The notes under the pieces were generated by a model. It was not told where the DNA came from and did not search any database. It saw only the letters and a list, made by a program, of their open reading frames with translations. DNA of 64,000 bases from Alphaproteobacteria bacterium (GTDB lineage: Bacteria; Pseudomonadota; Alphaproteobacteria; UBA828), in contig CBDCRW010000006.1 of assembly GCA_965221125.1 (NCBI GenBank), positions 672,001 through 736,000 on the forward strand, given 5' to 3'. The position numbers and the translations under genes were made by a program. Shown here in pieces: positions 1 to 13,789 of the stretch; position 1 is the stretch's first letter; each line of letters opens with the position of its first letter.

Positions 1-827
1 CGCACGCGGTTGCCCTCGATCCGCGACTTGTTGGTGAAGTTGAAGAGGAAGCCGTGGTCGCGGTCGCCGGCGGAGCGGTTGTCGAACACGCGGAGGCGGT
101 CCGAGTACATCAGCGCGTAGCCCACGTGGTTGCCGCGGGAGACGTTGCCGCTCACCTCGCTGTCGTGGGTGTACATGTAGTGGATGGCGAAGCGGAGGTC
201 GCTGAAGCTGTTGCCCCGGAACGCGTTCTTGCGGCTGGTGGTGACGAAGATGCCGTCGCGGCCGTAGCGCACGGTGTTGCCTTCCACCACCGAGCCCCTG
301 GCCGCCCAGAGGTGGATGCCGTTGCCGCGCTCGCTCATGCGCAAGTCGCGGTTGCCGATGACCTCGTTGCCGCGCACCAGCGCGTCGCGCGCGCCGTGGA
401 GGTAGATGCCGAAGAGGTTGTTTTCCAGCCGGTTGCCCTCGATGAGCGCGCCGCTCGCCGGCTTGTCGAGGAAGATGCCGGCGTCGGTCTCGGCGAGGCT
501 CGTGCCGGAGTTGCGGACGGTGAGGCCGCGCACGGTGACGTCCGGCGCGGCGACGCTCAAGACCCGGCCCGCGCCGCCGCCGTCGAGGATGGCGCCGGGC
601 GCGCCCTCCAGGGTGAGCGTGCGTTCGATGGCGACGGGCCCTGGATAGACGCCAGGCGCCAGCCTCACCACCGCGTCGGCAGGCGCGGCATCCAGCGCCG
701 CCTGCAGCGTGCCTTCCCCCGGAGAAACCTCGATGACCGCGGCAGACGCGGCGCGCACCCCCGGAGCCGCGGCGGCGAGGATCGCCACCGCCGCGCCGAG
801 GGCGAGCGCCGCGCGCCGCAGGCGCAT
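1..827 (-). CDS. nosD: Nitrous oxide reductase maturation protein NosD (3' end outside window)
   Basis: Translated by hand (not in the ORF track): signal peptide [11 protein letters not shown]..., then beta-helix motifs RGNGIHLW, GRDGIF, LRFAIHYMY, GYALMYS. Its ATG overlaps the nosZ stop (ATGA). Confidence 0.95.
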   Translation of the reverse strand, partial: MRLRRAALALGAAVAILAAAAPGVRAASAAVIEVSPGEGTLQAALDAAPADAVVRLAPGVYPGPVAIERTLTLEGAPGAILDGGGAGRVLSVAAPDVTVRGLTVRNSGTSLAETDAGIFLDKPASGALIEGNRLENNLFGIYLHGARDALVRGNEVIGNRDLRMSERGNGIHLWAARGSVVEGNTVRYGRDGIFVTTSRKNAFRGNSFSDLRFAIHYMYTHDSEVSGNVSRGNHVGYALMYSDRLRVFDNRSAGDRDHGFLFNFTNKSRIEGNRV

Positions 828-2758
828 CAGGCGGACTTCGGCTTCACGAACATACGCCCGCGCATCTCCATGTGCAGCGCATGACAGAACCACTGGCAGT
901 AGAACCAGTGGACGCCCGGCCGGTCCGCGGTGAAGGTCACGGACGCGGTCGCCTGCGGCGCCACCTCCATGGCCACGCCGTAGTTGGACAGGGTCCAGCC
1001 GTGGCTGAGGTCGTCCACGTCGTCCTGGTTGGTGATGTAGACGGTGACCTCGTCGCCCTCGTTCACCTCGAAGGTCTCGAGGCTGAAGGCCGGCGCGATC
1101 GAGTACATGTAGACCCGCACCTTGTTGCCGTCGCGGATGACATCCTCGCCCCAGTCGAGATCGACGCCATCCTTCGCCGCCTGCTGGCGCGCCTCCTCCC
1201 AGGTCGGGTCCTCGCGGTCCCAGATCTGGTTCGGGTTCACCTTGGAGCGGTGGACGATGATGCAGTCGTGGGGCTCGGAGAAGGTCGGGCCGTCATGCAC
1301 CAGCTCCATGCTGTCGCCGGAGATGTCGATGAGCTGCTCGCATTCGGGCTTGAGCGGGCCCACGTTGATGAAGCGGTCCTTCGAGAACTTGTTCAGCGAG
1401 ACGAGCCACTTGCCGTCCGCCTCCTTGGTCTCGCCCATCGACGTGTGGTTGTGGCCGGGCTGGTAGTGCACGTCGATCTTCTCGACGATCGGGTCCACAT
1501 CCTCGCCGTTGTACTGGCGGATGGCGGCGTCCATGTTCCACTTGCAGACCTGGCTGTCGAGGAAGATCGTGGTGAAGCAGTTGCCCTTGCCGTCGTAGGC
1601 GGTGTGCAGCGGCCCGAGGCCCAGCTCCGGCTCGGCCACGATCACGTCGCGCGGCGCGATCTTGTCCTCGAACAGGTCGTCGAGGCGGCGCACGTCGATG
1701 ACCGAGACGGTGGGGGACAGCTTGCCGTTGATGACGATGTGGTGGCCGTCGGGCGCGGTGTTGACGCCGTGCGGGCTGGTGGAGATCGGGATGTAGCGCG
1801 TGTACGGCGAGCCCTTGCGGCCGTCGAGCACCTTGACGCCCTGGTGCATGGTGTAGTCGCCGTCCTTCACCCCCTGCTCGATGCGGGCGATGTTGAAGAC
1901 GACGGCCCAGTCCTGCTCGGCGGCGGTCATCTCTTCGAGGTTCATGCCCATCTCGGAGTTGTAGCAGGTCGAGACCGCGTACTTGCCCTGGTAGTCGGCA
2001 TCGACGTTGTCGAGGTTGCCGTCGACGATCACCTGCCAGGCGACCTCCATGCTGTCGCCGTCGAGCGCCGTGAAGATGGCGATGTACTGAGACGGGTCGT
2101 TGAGCACGGAGCCGTCGTTGGGCAGCGGGATCTCGTGCTCGCCGTTGCAGAACACGTAGCCGGTGCGCGGGTATTTTTGGGGGCGCAGGCCGTGGATGTC
2201 GTTGGCGTTCGGGATCTCCACGATCTTGTCGACCTTCATCACGTCGCAGCGGATGCGGGCGACGCGCGTGTTCGCCTTGTCGTTGATCCAGACGTAGCGC
2301 CCGTCGTAGGTGCCGTCGGTGAACGACATGTGCGGGTGGTGCGCATCGCCGTTGGTGTAGATGCCGCCGCGGGATTCGAGGAACTTCCGGGTCTCGGGCG
2401 TGAGCCCTTCCGTCATGATCCTGCGGCTCTCGTTGGTGACGCCCCAGCCGGTGGCGCTGCAGCGGTTGAACACCGGGATGCGGAGAAGCTCGCGCATGGA
2501 GGGCACGCCGAAGACGCGCACCTCGCCGGCCTGGCCGGACGACCAGAAGCCGTAGTACTCGTCGAGCTGACCCGGCCCCACGAAGGCCGAGCCCGCCTCG
2601 GTGGCGGCCTTTGCCTTGCGCGGCGGGTCTGCCGGCGTGACCCCGGCCACGCCGGCCGCGACCACGCCGCCGACGGTGGCGATCTTGGCCGTGCTGCCGA
2701 TCAGATCGCGTCGTGTGACGCCGGTCTTCTCCGGCGCATCGTGTTTCTTCTTCGACAT
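827..2758 (-). CDS. nosZ: Nitrous oxide reductase, clade I (Tat-exported)
   Basis: Tat signal TRRDLIG, CuZ histidine motifs (DAHHPH, GPLHT, PGHNH, EPHD) and CuA motif [12 protein letters not shown]. Start taken at MSKKKHD, inside the over-extended ORF 827..3913. Confidence 0.98.
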   Translation of the reverse strand: MSKKKHDAPEKTGVTRRDLIGSTAKIATVGGVVAAGVAGVTPADPPRKAKAATEAGSAFVGPGQLDEYYGFWSSGQAGEVRVFGVPSMRELLRIPVFNRCSATGWGVTNESRRIMTEGLTPETRKFLESRGGIYTNGDAHHPHMSFTDGTYDGRYVWINDKANTRVARIRCDVMKVDKIVEIPNANDIHGLRPQKYPRTGYVFCNGEHEIPLPNDGSVLNDPSQYIAIFTALDGDSMEVAWQVIVDGNLDNVDADYQGKYAVSTCYNSEMGMNLEEMTAAEQDWAVVFNIARIEQGVKDGDYTMHQGVKVLDGRKGSPYTRYIPISTSPHGVNTAPDGHHIVINGKLSPTVSVIDVRRLDDLFEDKIAPRDVIVAEPELGLGPLHTAYDGKGNCFTTIFLDSQVCKWNMDAAIRQYNGEDVDPIVEKIDVHYQPGHNHTSMGETKEADGKWLVSLNKFSKDRFINVGPLKPECEQLIDISGDSMELVHDGPTFSEPHDCIIVHRSKVNPNQIWDREDPTWEEARQQAAKDGVDLDWGEDVIRDGNKVRVYMYSIAPAFSLETFEVNEGDEVTVYITNQDDVDDLSHGWTLSNYGVAMEVAPQATASVTFTADRPGVHWFYCQWFCHALHMEMRGRMFVKPKSA

Positions 2759-2781
2759 GGTTCTCTCCTCTTTGCTTGGCA

Positions 2782-5043
2782 TCAGGGACTCGTCGTGGTG
2801 CCGGTTGGGCCCGCCGGTGCTGCAGGCGGAACGGTGATGTTCGCGGACGCCCGCGCGCGCCGGCGCTCGCGCCGCAGGCGGCGCTGGATCATGGGCGGGC
2901 AGCGGTGCTCGTCGTGGTAGAGCTGCTGGCAGTGCAGGCAGTAGAGGCACTCGTTCTGGTTGATGTGCCCGTCGGGGTGGATCGCCTGCACCATGCATTC
3001 CTGGGCGCAGCGGTGGCAGGGCGCGCCGCACTCCTTGTGGCGGCGCAGCCACTCCATGATCCTGATCTTGCCGGGGATCGCGAGCGCAGCGCCCAGCGGG
3101 CAGAGGTAGCGGCAGAAGAAGCGCTCGATGAAGAGCCCGGTGGCGAGCAGCACGCCGGCCCAGGCCACGAACGGCCAGTCGTGGGCGAAGCGCAGGATCA
3201 CCGTGGTCTTGAAGGGCTCGACCTCCGCCAGGCGCTCGGCGAAGGCGAGGTCGTGCAGGGAGATGCCGAAGATGCCGATGAAGATCACGTACTTCACCGG
3301 CCAGAGCCGCTCGTGCAGGCCCCAGGGGAGCGTCACCTGCGGCACGCGCGCGAGCCGCGCCGCCTTGTTGAGCAGCTCCTGCAGCGCGCCGAAGGGGCAG
3401 AGCCAGCCGCAGAACACGCCCCGGCCCCAGAAGATCAGCGCCATCGCCGTGCCGCACCAGAGCAGGAAGATCAGCGGGTCCATCAGGAAGTAGGACCAGC
3501 GGAACTCGGTGATGAGCGCGTTGCCGAAGGTGAGCACGTTCACCACCGAGAGCTGGGCCTGGGCGAAGCCGCCGAGCCAGGCGACGATGAAGAGGAGGAA
3601 GCCGACGCGCACGGCGGTCGCCAGCTTCGGCCGGCGCGCGAACCAGTCCTGGAAGAAGAAGATGAGCGTGAGCGCGATGAGGGCGGCGGCCAGCACCGCC
3701 ACGTCGACGAGCCGGTCCTCCCAGATGCGCCGCCAGAGCTCGGGCGCGGCCTCCGGCTCGGCGAAGGCGTCGGCGGCTGCGGTCTCCGCCACCTGCGGCG
3801 GCGCGGGCAGCGGCTTCAGGTAGCGCGCGGGCAGGGTGTAGGAGAGCTCGTAGAGCAGGAAATCCTTGTCGAGCGCGCCGATCGCGCGCTGCACCAGGAG
3901 CTGGAGCGTCCACGGTGCTGCGGGGTCGAACGCGGCGTCGGCCGGCACGACGAAGAGGGCGACCTCGGCGAAGGGCTGCGCGAGGTCCGCCGCCACCTCG
4001 CCGAGCAGCTTGTAGTTGCGGTCGCGGAAGCGGACGCTGCCGTCACCCTGGGCGAGCTGGATACGGTCGAAGATGCCGCCCCGCACGAAGCCCGAGCCGC
4101 GGAAGGAGTAGAGGCCGTTGGCGGCGATCAGCAGTGCGTGCTGGCCGGGCTCCAGGCGGGCGAGGAGGTTCCCGTACTCGGCATCGCCCAGCAGGCTGCG
4201 GCCGATGACGGGCGCGCTCACCAGCGCCGCGTAGAGGTCGATGAAGCGCTCCTCCGGGTCCTCGCTCTCGGGCCGGGCGGCGGCCTTCTCCTTGCCTGCA
4301 GCGGCGAAGCCGGTGGTGACGTCGCCCACGCTGAGGCTGAGCCGGCGCACGGAGCCGTCGCCGATCAGCGTCATCCAGTCGTCCACGCCCTCCTGCGCGG
4401 TGTCGATCTCGCCCCGGCGCGGCGCCTCCAGCGCGTGGCCCGCACCGAGACCGGCGAGGCCGAGCGCGCGCGCCATCTTCACCGTGGCGTGGCGGATCGC
4501 GTCGTCGATGACCAGGATCGTGACCGTGGCGCCCGCGATGATGTCGAGCGAGCGGTCGCCGGAATCGCGCTCCTCAAGAAACTCGGCCACGTTGCGCCCG
4601 ACATAGCCGGCGATGAAGCTCTTCACCTTCCGCTCGGGGATGCCGATGAGCACGATGGGCTCGTGGTGCTCGTGCAGATGGGCGCCGGTGATCGTGCCCT
4701 CGGTATCGAGCCCGATGAGGAGGTGGATGGGCTTGCCCGAATAGCCCACCGCGCCCACGACATCGGTGTTGAGAAAGACGTGGCCCACAGGCGTGGAGCC
4801 TTCGAGCGCCTGCGCCCTGGGCGGCGTGCCCTCGACCGGGCCGAAGCGGTCGGCGCCCGGCACCAGGTCGCCGGGGTCGACCGTGGCGAGCGCGCTGCCG
4901 AGTTCGACGGCGGCGCGGGCGGTGTGCCCGGCGCCCGCGAGGAGCAGCGCGAGCAGCAGCAGACACGCGCCGGCGATGCCGATGCGGATGGCACGCGCCG
5001 ACGCGCTGCGCTGAGCAGCGCCTGGTACGGAAACCGCTGTCAT
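2782..5043 (-). CDS. nosR: NosR membrane FMN/Fe-S protein
   Basis: FMN-binding motif DIIAGATVT, transmembrane helices, CGWLCP and CRYLCP motifs, two C-terminal ferredoxin motifs. Start is uncertain (5043, 5103 or 5130); 5043 fits the FNR-box spacing best. Confidence 0.95.
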   Translation of the reverse strand: MTAVSVPGAAQRSASARAIRIGIAGACLLLLALLLAGAGHTARAAVELGSALATVDPGDLVPGADRFGPVEGTPPRAQALEGSTPVGHVFLNTDVVGAVGYSGKPIHLLIGLDTEGTITGAHLHEHHEPIVLIGIPERKVKSFIAGYVGRNVAEFLEERDSGDRSLDIIAGATVTILVIDDAIRHATVKMARALGLAGLGAGHALEAPRRGEIDTAQEGVDDWMTLIGDGSVRRLSLSVGDVTTGFAAAGKEKAAARPESEDPEERFIDLYAALVSAPVIGRSLLGDAEYGNLLARLEPGQHALLIAANGLYSFRGSGFVRGGIFDRIQLAQGDGSVRFRDRNYKLLGEVAADLAQPFAEVALFVVPADAAFDPAAPWTLQLLVQRAIGALDKDFLLYELSYTLPARYLKPLPAPPQVAETAAADAFAEPEAAPELWRRIWEDRLVDVAVLAAALIALTLIFFFQDWFARRPKLATAVRVGFLLFIVAWLGGFAQAQLSVVNVLTFGNALITEFRWSYFLMDPLIFLLWCGTAMALIFWGRGVFCGWLCPFGALQELLNKAARLARVPQVTLPWGLHERLWPVKYVIFIGIFGISLHDLAFAERLAEVEPFKTTVILRFAHDWPFVAWAGVLLATGLFIERFFCRYLCPLGAALAIPGKIRIMEWLRRHKECGAPCHRCAQECMVQAIHPDGHINQNECLYCLHCQQLYHDEHRCPPMIQRRLRRERRRARASANITVPPAAPAGPTGTTTSP

Positions 5044-5134
5044 GGCTGATGCGTCAAGACGGGCGCGCGCCGCCTCCTCGAATACGCCGACGGACTCGAG
5101 CATCGACAGTCTGAAGCGCGCATGCGCCAACGCC

Positions 5135-5148
5135 TTGATCTACGTCAA
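5135..5148. promoter_or_regulatory. FNR/NnrR/DNR-type binding box upstream of nosR
   Basis: TTGAT-ctac-GTCAA, one mismatch to the TTGAT-N4-ATCAA consensus, upstream of the nos operon. Confidence 0.85.
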
Positions 5149-5240
5149 TTGGGGGACTTGACCGGGTTCGTTGCCCGCCTCCGGTGCCACAGCTAGGATG
5201 CCGCGCTTTGGCTCAGGAAGCCGGCGGGGAGGGCACGAAC

Positions 5241-6122
5241 ATGGCTAACGGCGGCACCAGGGTGGCGTTTCTCGGGCTCGGCGTCATGGGGTTCCCCATG
5301 GCGGGGCATCTCGCGAAGGCGGGGCACGAGGTCACCGTCTACAACAGGACCGGGGCCAGGACCGCGCAGTGGACCGAGGCCAACGAGGGCCGCGCCGCGC
5401 CCACGCCTGCCGCCGCCGCCCGGGGCGCGGAGATGGTCTTTGCCTGCGTCGGCGCCGACGACGATCTGCGCGAAGTCGTCTACGGCGACGACGGCGCGCT
5501 CGCCGGCATGGCGGAAGGGGCCATCTTCATCGACAACACGACCGATTCCGCCGTGGTCGCCCGCGAGGTCCATGCCGCCGCCAGGGAGCGTGGCGTGGGC
5601 TTCCTCGATGCGCCGGTCTCGGGCGGGCAGGCCGGGGCCGAGAACGGCGTGCTGACCGTGATGGTGGGCGGCGACGACGCCGACTTCGCCCGCGCCCGGC
5701 CGGTGATCGACGCGTATGCGCGCAACGTCACCCACATGGGGCCGGCGGGGAACGGGCAGCTCACCAAGATGGTGAACCAGATCTGCATCGCCGGCGTCGT
5801 TCAGGGGCTCGCGGAGGCGCTCAACTTCGCCCAGCGCGCGGGGCTGGACGGAGAGACGGTGCTCGACGTCATCTCCAAGGGCGCGGCGCAGTCCTGGCAG
5901 ATGGAGAACCGGGGGTCGACCATGCTGCGGGGCGAGTTCGAGTTCGGCTTCGCCGTCGACTGGATGCGCAAGGATCTGAGCCTCTGCTTCGAGGAGGGCA
6001 AGAAGAACGGCGCGCTGCTGCCGATGTCGATGCTGGTGGACCAGTTCTACGCGCACGTGCAACAGCGCGGCGGCAACCGCTGGGACACCTCCAGCCTGAT
6101 CCAGCTGCTGCAGAAGATGTAG
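5241..6122 (+). CDS. NAD(P)-dependent beta-hydroxyacid dehydrogenase (3-hydroxyisobutyrate dehydrogenase/tartronate semialdehyde reductase family)
   Basis: GLGVMG Rossmann motif, DAPVSGG and KMVNQ motifs. Confidence 0.9.
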   Translation: MANGGTRVAFLGLGVMGFPMAGHLAKAGHEVTVYNRTGARTAQWTEANEGRAAPTPAAAARGAEMVFACVGADDDLREVVYGDDGALAGMAEGAIFIDNTTDSAVVAREVHAAARERGVGFLDAPVSGGQAGAENGVLTVMVGGDDADFARARPVIDAYARNVTHMGPAGNGQLTKMVNQICIAGVVQGLAEALNFAQRAGLDGETVLDVISKGAAQSWQMENRGSTMLRGEFEFGFAVDWMRKDLSLCFEEGKKNGALLPMSMLVDQFYAHVQQRGGNRWDTSSLIQLLQKM

Positions 6123-6179
6123 GCCGCGCCCGCTGGCGCTCGATTGAAGAGTGGCCTGCGATAACGGGCGGTCGCCGGC

Positions 6180-9965
<3,786 letters not shown>

Positions 9966-9990
9966 GCCCTGCCCCGGTGGCCCGCCTCAC

Positions 9991-10021
9991 AAAAACACCC
10001 GCCGCGGCTTTGCCGGGCGGG
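9991..10021 (-). terminator. Intrinsic terminator-like hairpin in the metH leader
   Basis: Minus strand CCCGCCCGGC-AAA-GCCGCGGCGGG-TGTTTTT, between the aptamer and the metH start. Confidence 0.6.
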
Positions 10022-10027
10022 CCCCAA

Positions 10028-10080
10028 CGCTTTAGCCGCATTTGTAAAGCGCCCGCAAGCTGTCGCTCAAATCGGCGCTG
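10028..10080 (-). ncRNA. SAM-II riboswitch aptamer
   Basis: Minus strand GCGCCGATTTG...TTGCGGGCGC...AAATGCGGCTAAAG matches the SAM-II pseudoknot pattern (GAUUU, UUGC, AAAU, GCUAAA) and lies directly upstream of metH. Confidence 0.85.
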
Positions 10081-10086
10081 TGGAGC

Positions 10087-10115
10087 TTTATCTAGAAGTC
10101 GCGTGATTCTGTCAA
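10087..10115 (-). promoter_or_regulatory. Sigma70-type promoter for the riboswitch-metH transcript
   Basis: TTGACA-17 bp-GATAAA, ending just before the aptamer. Confidence 0.55.
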
Positions 10116-10150
10116 GAGAATGAAGGTATCGGGCCGATGCGCCCCTGACG

Positions 10151-10187
10151 CTTGGACCGTTCCCGTTTTACACGGAAACGGTCCAAG
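10151..10187. repeat. Near-perfect palindrome/hairpin, possibly the terminator of the ABC ATPase operon
   Basis: CTTGGACCGTTCCCGT-tttac-ACGGAAACGGTCCAAG. Confidence 0.6.
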
Positions 10188-10297
10188 AATCTTTCGCTCA
10201 CGGCGGCCGGCCTTTAGCCGGCGCCTCCGCGAGGGCGCCGCATTCGCGGCGGGCCGCTGTCGCGGCCTAGCGCGCGTCCGTCGAAGTCGGACGCGCG

Positions 10298-11371
10298 CTA
10301 ACGGGCCGAGCGGATGAGCGCGCCGGTCTCGCCGTGGAAGAGGTGGCAGCGGTCGGGATCGAGCGCGAGCCGCACCGGCTCGCCAAGGTTGAACTGGGGC
10401 TGGCCCGGCGCCTGCACCTTGAGAATGCGCTCGCCCGCGCTGACATCGACGATGGTGAAGGCGCCGAGCGGCTCGACCTCGTAGATGCTTGCTTCGACCC
10501 CGCCGTTGGCGCCGGCAGAGCCGATGCCGATGTCCTCGGGCCGCACCGCAAGCGCCGCGGGACCCGCCCCGTCGGCGCCGTCCAGCGACACCGCGAGCGG
10601 CACGTCGCTCCCCTCGAAGCGGCCGCCCTGCGCGAGCGTGCCGTCGATGAAGTTCATCGGCGGGGAGCCGATCAGCTCGGCGACGTAGCGGCTGTTGGGC
10701 AGGTTGTAGATCTCGGCCGGCGTGCCGATCTGGCGGATTTCGCCGGCCTCCATCACGGCGATGCGATCGGCGATCGACATCGCCTCTTCCTGGTCGTGGG
10801 TGACGTAGACGATGGTGTGGTGCAATTCGCGCTGCAGGCGCTTCAGCTCGACGCGCATCTCCTCGCGCAGGCGCGCATCGAGGGCTGCGATCGGCTCGTC
10901 CATGAGGAAGGCCGCCGGGTCCCGCACCAGGGCGCGGCCGATGGCGACGCGCTGGCGCTCGCCGCCGCTCAGGTGCGCCGGCAGCTTGTCGAGCAGCGGC
11001 GTGATGTGGAGCGTCTCCGCTACCTGGCCCACGCGTTCCATGACCGCGGCCTTCTCCAGCTTCCGCTCCACCAGCGGGAAGGCGAGGTTCTGGCCGGCGG
11101 TCATGTGCGGGAAGAGCGCCAGATTCTGGAACACCATGGCGAGGTTGCGCTCCTTCGGCCCCTGATCGCTGACCGCCGCGCCGCCGATGGTGATCTCGCC
11201 CTCGTCGGGCGCCACCAGCCCGAGCAGCAGGCGGAGGATCGTGGTCTTGCCCGAGCTCGGCGGGCCGAAGATGCAGAAGAACTCGTTGTCGTCCACGACG
11301 AGGTCGATGTCCTTCACGGCGACGGTCTTGCCGTAGAACTTGCTCGCGTTGCTCAGTTCGAGCCGTGCCAT
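10298..11371 (-). CDS. Carbohydrate-type ABC transporter ATP-binding subunit (MalK/UgpC-like)
   Basis: Walker A GPPSSGKT, LSGGERQ signature, DEP, C-terminal TOBE domain. Confidence 0.92.
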   Translation of the reverse strand: MARLELSNASKFYGKTVAVKDIDLVVDDNEFFCIFGPPSSGKTTILRLLLGLVAPDEGEITIGGAAVSDQGPKERNLAMVFQNLALFPHMTAGQNLAFPLVERKLEKAAVMERVGQVAETLHITPLLDKLPAHLSGGERQRVAIGRALVRDPAAFLMDEPIAALDARLREEMRVELKRLQRELHHTIVYVTHDQEEAMSIADRIAVMEAGEIRQIGTPAEIYNLPNSRYVAELIGSPPMNFIDGTLAQGGRFEGSDVPLAVSLDGADGAGPAALAVRPEDIGIGSAGANGGVEASIYEVEPLGAFTIVDVSAGERILKVQAPGQPQFNLGEPVRLALDPDRCHLFHGETGALIRSAR

Positions 11372-11387
11372 TGGTGCGGGGTCCGGG

Positions 11388-12491
11388 TCAGGCGAGGCCG
11401 AGGGCCACGCCGGTCTCCGCGTCGAACAGGTGGCACTTGCCGGGCGGCAGCACCGCCTTGACCGGGGCGCCCAGCTCGATCCCGTAGTGCTTGCCCTTGG
11501 CGATCTTCATCCGGCGCTCGCCGGCGGCGAGGTGGACGATGGTGCGCGGGCCGATGGGCTCGACGAAGGTGACGGTCGCCTCGATGCCGGGGCCGGTGTG
11601 GCCCGACGGCTCGATGTCGAGGTCCTCCGGCCGGGCGCCGAAGATCAGCGCCGCATCGCGCGCCGCCCCGCAGCGCCGCTTGAGCTCGCCGTCTTCCACC
11701 GCCGCCGTGCCGCCTTCGCCGAAATCAAGCGCGTAACTTCCGTCCCCGCCGGCGAGCGTGCACGGCACCAGGTTCATGCTGGGGCTGCCCATGAAGTTGG
11801 CGACGAAGACGTTGCGCGGCTCGTTGTAGACCTCGATGGGCGAGCCGTACTGCTGCAACACGCCGAGGTCCATCACGGCGATCCTGTCCGCGAGGCTCAT
11901 CGCCTCGATCTGGTCGTGGGTGACATAGACCATGGTCTGCTGGAACTGGTGCTGCAGGTGCTTGAGCTCGGTCCGCATGAAGGCGCGGAAGGCGGCGTCG
12001 AGATTGCTCAGCGGCTCGTCCAGGAGGAAAATCTCCGGCTCGGTGATGGCCGAGCGGCCGATGGCGACCTTCTGCAGCTCGTTGACGCTGAGCTTCGCGG
12101 TGGGCCAGTCGAGCCGATCTTCGAGGCGCATGAGCTGGGCCATGGCGGCGACGCGGCGCTCGACGTCCTCCTTGGGCAGGCCGCGCACCTGCAGGCCGAA
12201 CGCCAGGTTCTTGCGCACCGTGAGGTGGGTGAAGATGGCGTAGTTCTGGAACACGAAGCCCACCTTGCGCCGGTTGGGCGGCACCTGCTGCATGTCGCGG
12301 CCATCGAACAGGATCTGCCCCTCCGACGGCGTCTCGATGCCGGCGATCATGTTCATCGTCGTGGTCTTGCCGCAGCCCGACGGGCCCAGCAGGGCCACGA
12401 ACTCCTTGTCCCTGATCTCGAGATCGAGGGAGGCGACGGCGGTGAGGTCGCCGAAGCGCTTGGTCAGGCCCGCGAGGGTGATAGACGCCAT
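11388..12491 (-). CDS. Carbohydrate-type ABC transporter ATP-binding subunit with a degenerate signature
   Basis: GPSGCGKT; signature LSVNELQ instead of LSGGQ; DEPLSNLD; TOBE domain. Confidence 0.92.
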   Translation of the reverse strand: MASITLAGLTKRFGDLTAVASLDLEIRDKEFVALLGPSGCGKTTTMNMIAGIETPSEGQILFDGRDMQQVPPNRRKVGFVFQNYAIFTHLTVRKNLAFGLQVRGLPKEDVERRVAAMAQLMRLEDRLDWPTAKLSVNELQKVAIGRSAITEPEIFLLDEPLSNLDAAFRAFMRTELKHLQHQFQQTMVYVTHDQIEAMSLADRIAVMDLGVLQQYGSPIEVYNEPRNVFVANFMGSPSMNLVPCTLAGGDGSYALDFGEGGTAAVEDGELKRRCGAARDAALIFGARPEDLDIEPSGHTGPGIEATVTFVEPIGPRTIVHLAAGERRMKIAKGKHYGIELGAPVKAVLPPGKCHLFDAETGVALGLA

Positions 12492-12500
12492 GGTTCGCGC

Positions 12501-13649
12501 CTAGTGGCGGCCCCGCGCCTCGATGGTCCAGATATCGACCAGGGTGTCGCCGCGCACGCAGTGGTAGTGGTCGTAGAGGTTCACGGTGGGGTCGCAGTGC
12601 GGCACGATGCATTCGAGGGCCGCGCCGATGGCGAGGCGTTCGTTGGCGCTGGCGAAGACGATGCGCCCGTGCTCGTCGCCGAAGAACTTGTAGTGGGCGC
12701 CGATGGGCACGCCGGTGTGGAAGCGCGGCAGCGGCCCGTCGGTGGCGAAGCACTTGAGGCCGGCATCCATGGTGGCGCTTCCGTCATGGCTCGCCGAGAC
12801 CACCGTGGCGCGGACGAAGAGCGCCGGCTCGAAGCGCCAGTCGCCGCCGCCGCGCGCTTGGACGTCGAGGTACTCGACGTCCATGACCGCGTAGGAGCCG
12901 ACCTGGAGCTCGGTCATCAGCCCGATCTCCGGGTCGATGTCGTGGGTGCCGGTGCCGGCGCCGGTGACGATGGGCACCGCGATGCCCTTCTCGACGAGGC
13001 TGTCGCGGGCGTCCCGAAGCGGCGCGAGATTGTCGTGGGAGGAGGTGCGGCGGTCGCCGAAATCCTCGATGTGCTGGACGTGCCCGGCGTAGCCCTGAAT
13101 CCCGCAAAAGCGCAGGCTCGCGCTCGCGTCCGCCGCCTCCGCCATGGCCACCGCCGTCGCCGCGTCGCGGGTGCCGGTGCGGTGCAGGCCGACATCCACG
13201 TCGACCACCACGTCGAGCACGAAGCCGGACGCCGCAGCGGCGGCCTCGAGGGCGCGCAGGTTGTCCATGTCGTCCGCCGTCACCATGAGCGACTCGTTGG
13301 CCTGGCGGAGCGCCATGAGGCGGTCGATCTTGGCCGGCGCCACGACCGGCGAGGTGATGAGCAGCCCGTCGATCCCGCCCGCCGCCAGCGCCTCCGCCTC
13401 GCCGAGCGTGGCACAGCAGATGCCGAGCGCGCCGGCGTCGAGTTGGCGGCGCGCGATCTGCACGCTCTTGTGCGTCTTCGCGTGGGGGCGGATGGCGACG
13501 CCCTGCTCCGCCGCGTAGGCCGCCATGGCGGCGATGTTGCGCTCCATCGCGTCGAGATCGAGCACCAGGGCCGGCGTGATGAGCCGGGCCCGCGCATCGC
13601 GCTCGCCGATCAGAGATTGGTTCGGCCCAAGAGTCTCCGATGCCGTCAT
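12501..13649 (-). CDS. DSD1 family PLP enzyme (D-threonine aldolase/D-serine dehydratase/3-hydroxy-D-aspartate aldolase-like)
   Basis: TPALVLD, RPHAKTHK (PLP lysine), GDEHG and PHCDPTVNL motifs. Confidence 0.9.
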   Translation of the reverse strand: MTASETLGPNQSLIGERDARARLITPALVLDLDAMERNIAAMAAYAAEQGVAIRPHAKTHKSVQIARRQLDAGALGICCATLGEAEALAAGGIDGLLITSPVVAPAKIDRLMALRQANESLMVTADDMDNLRALEAAAAASGFVLDVVVDVDVGLHRTGTRDAATAVAMAEAADASASLRFCGIQGYAGHVQHIEDFGDRRTSSHDNLAPLRDARDSLVEKGIAVPIVTGAGTGTHDIDPEIGLMTELQVGSYAVMDVEYLDVQARGGGDWRFEPALFVRATVVSASHDGSATMDAGLKCFATDGPLPRFHTGVPIGAHYKFFGDEHGRIVFASANERLAIGAALECIVPHCDPTVNLYDHYHCVRGDTLVDIWTIEARGRH

Positions 13650-13789
13650 CCTCGCCCCCGTCGCCACGTCCTGTTCCCGCCGCCCACGAGGAGCGGCGCG
13701 AAATCTGCGCGCGTATCATCCGCATACCGGCACGCCCTGCCAATAGGATATGTTGGGCATGAACGGGACCGAGCGGTGGGAGAGCACGC

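Noticed and set aside
827-3913. Apparent 1028-aa NosZ with a long N-terminal extension
   Set aside because: The extension is an alternate frame of nosR; the Tat signal and RBS place the start at 2758.
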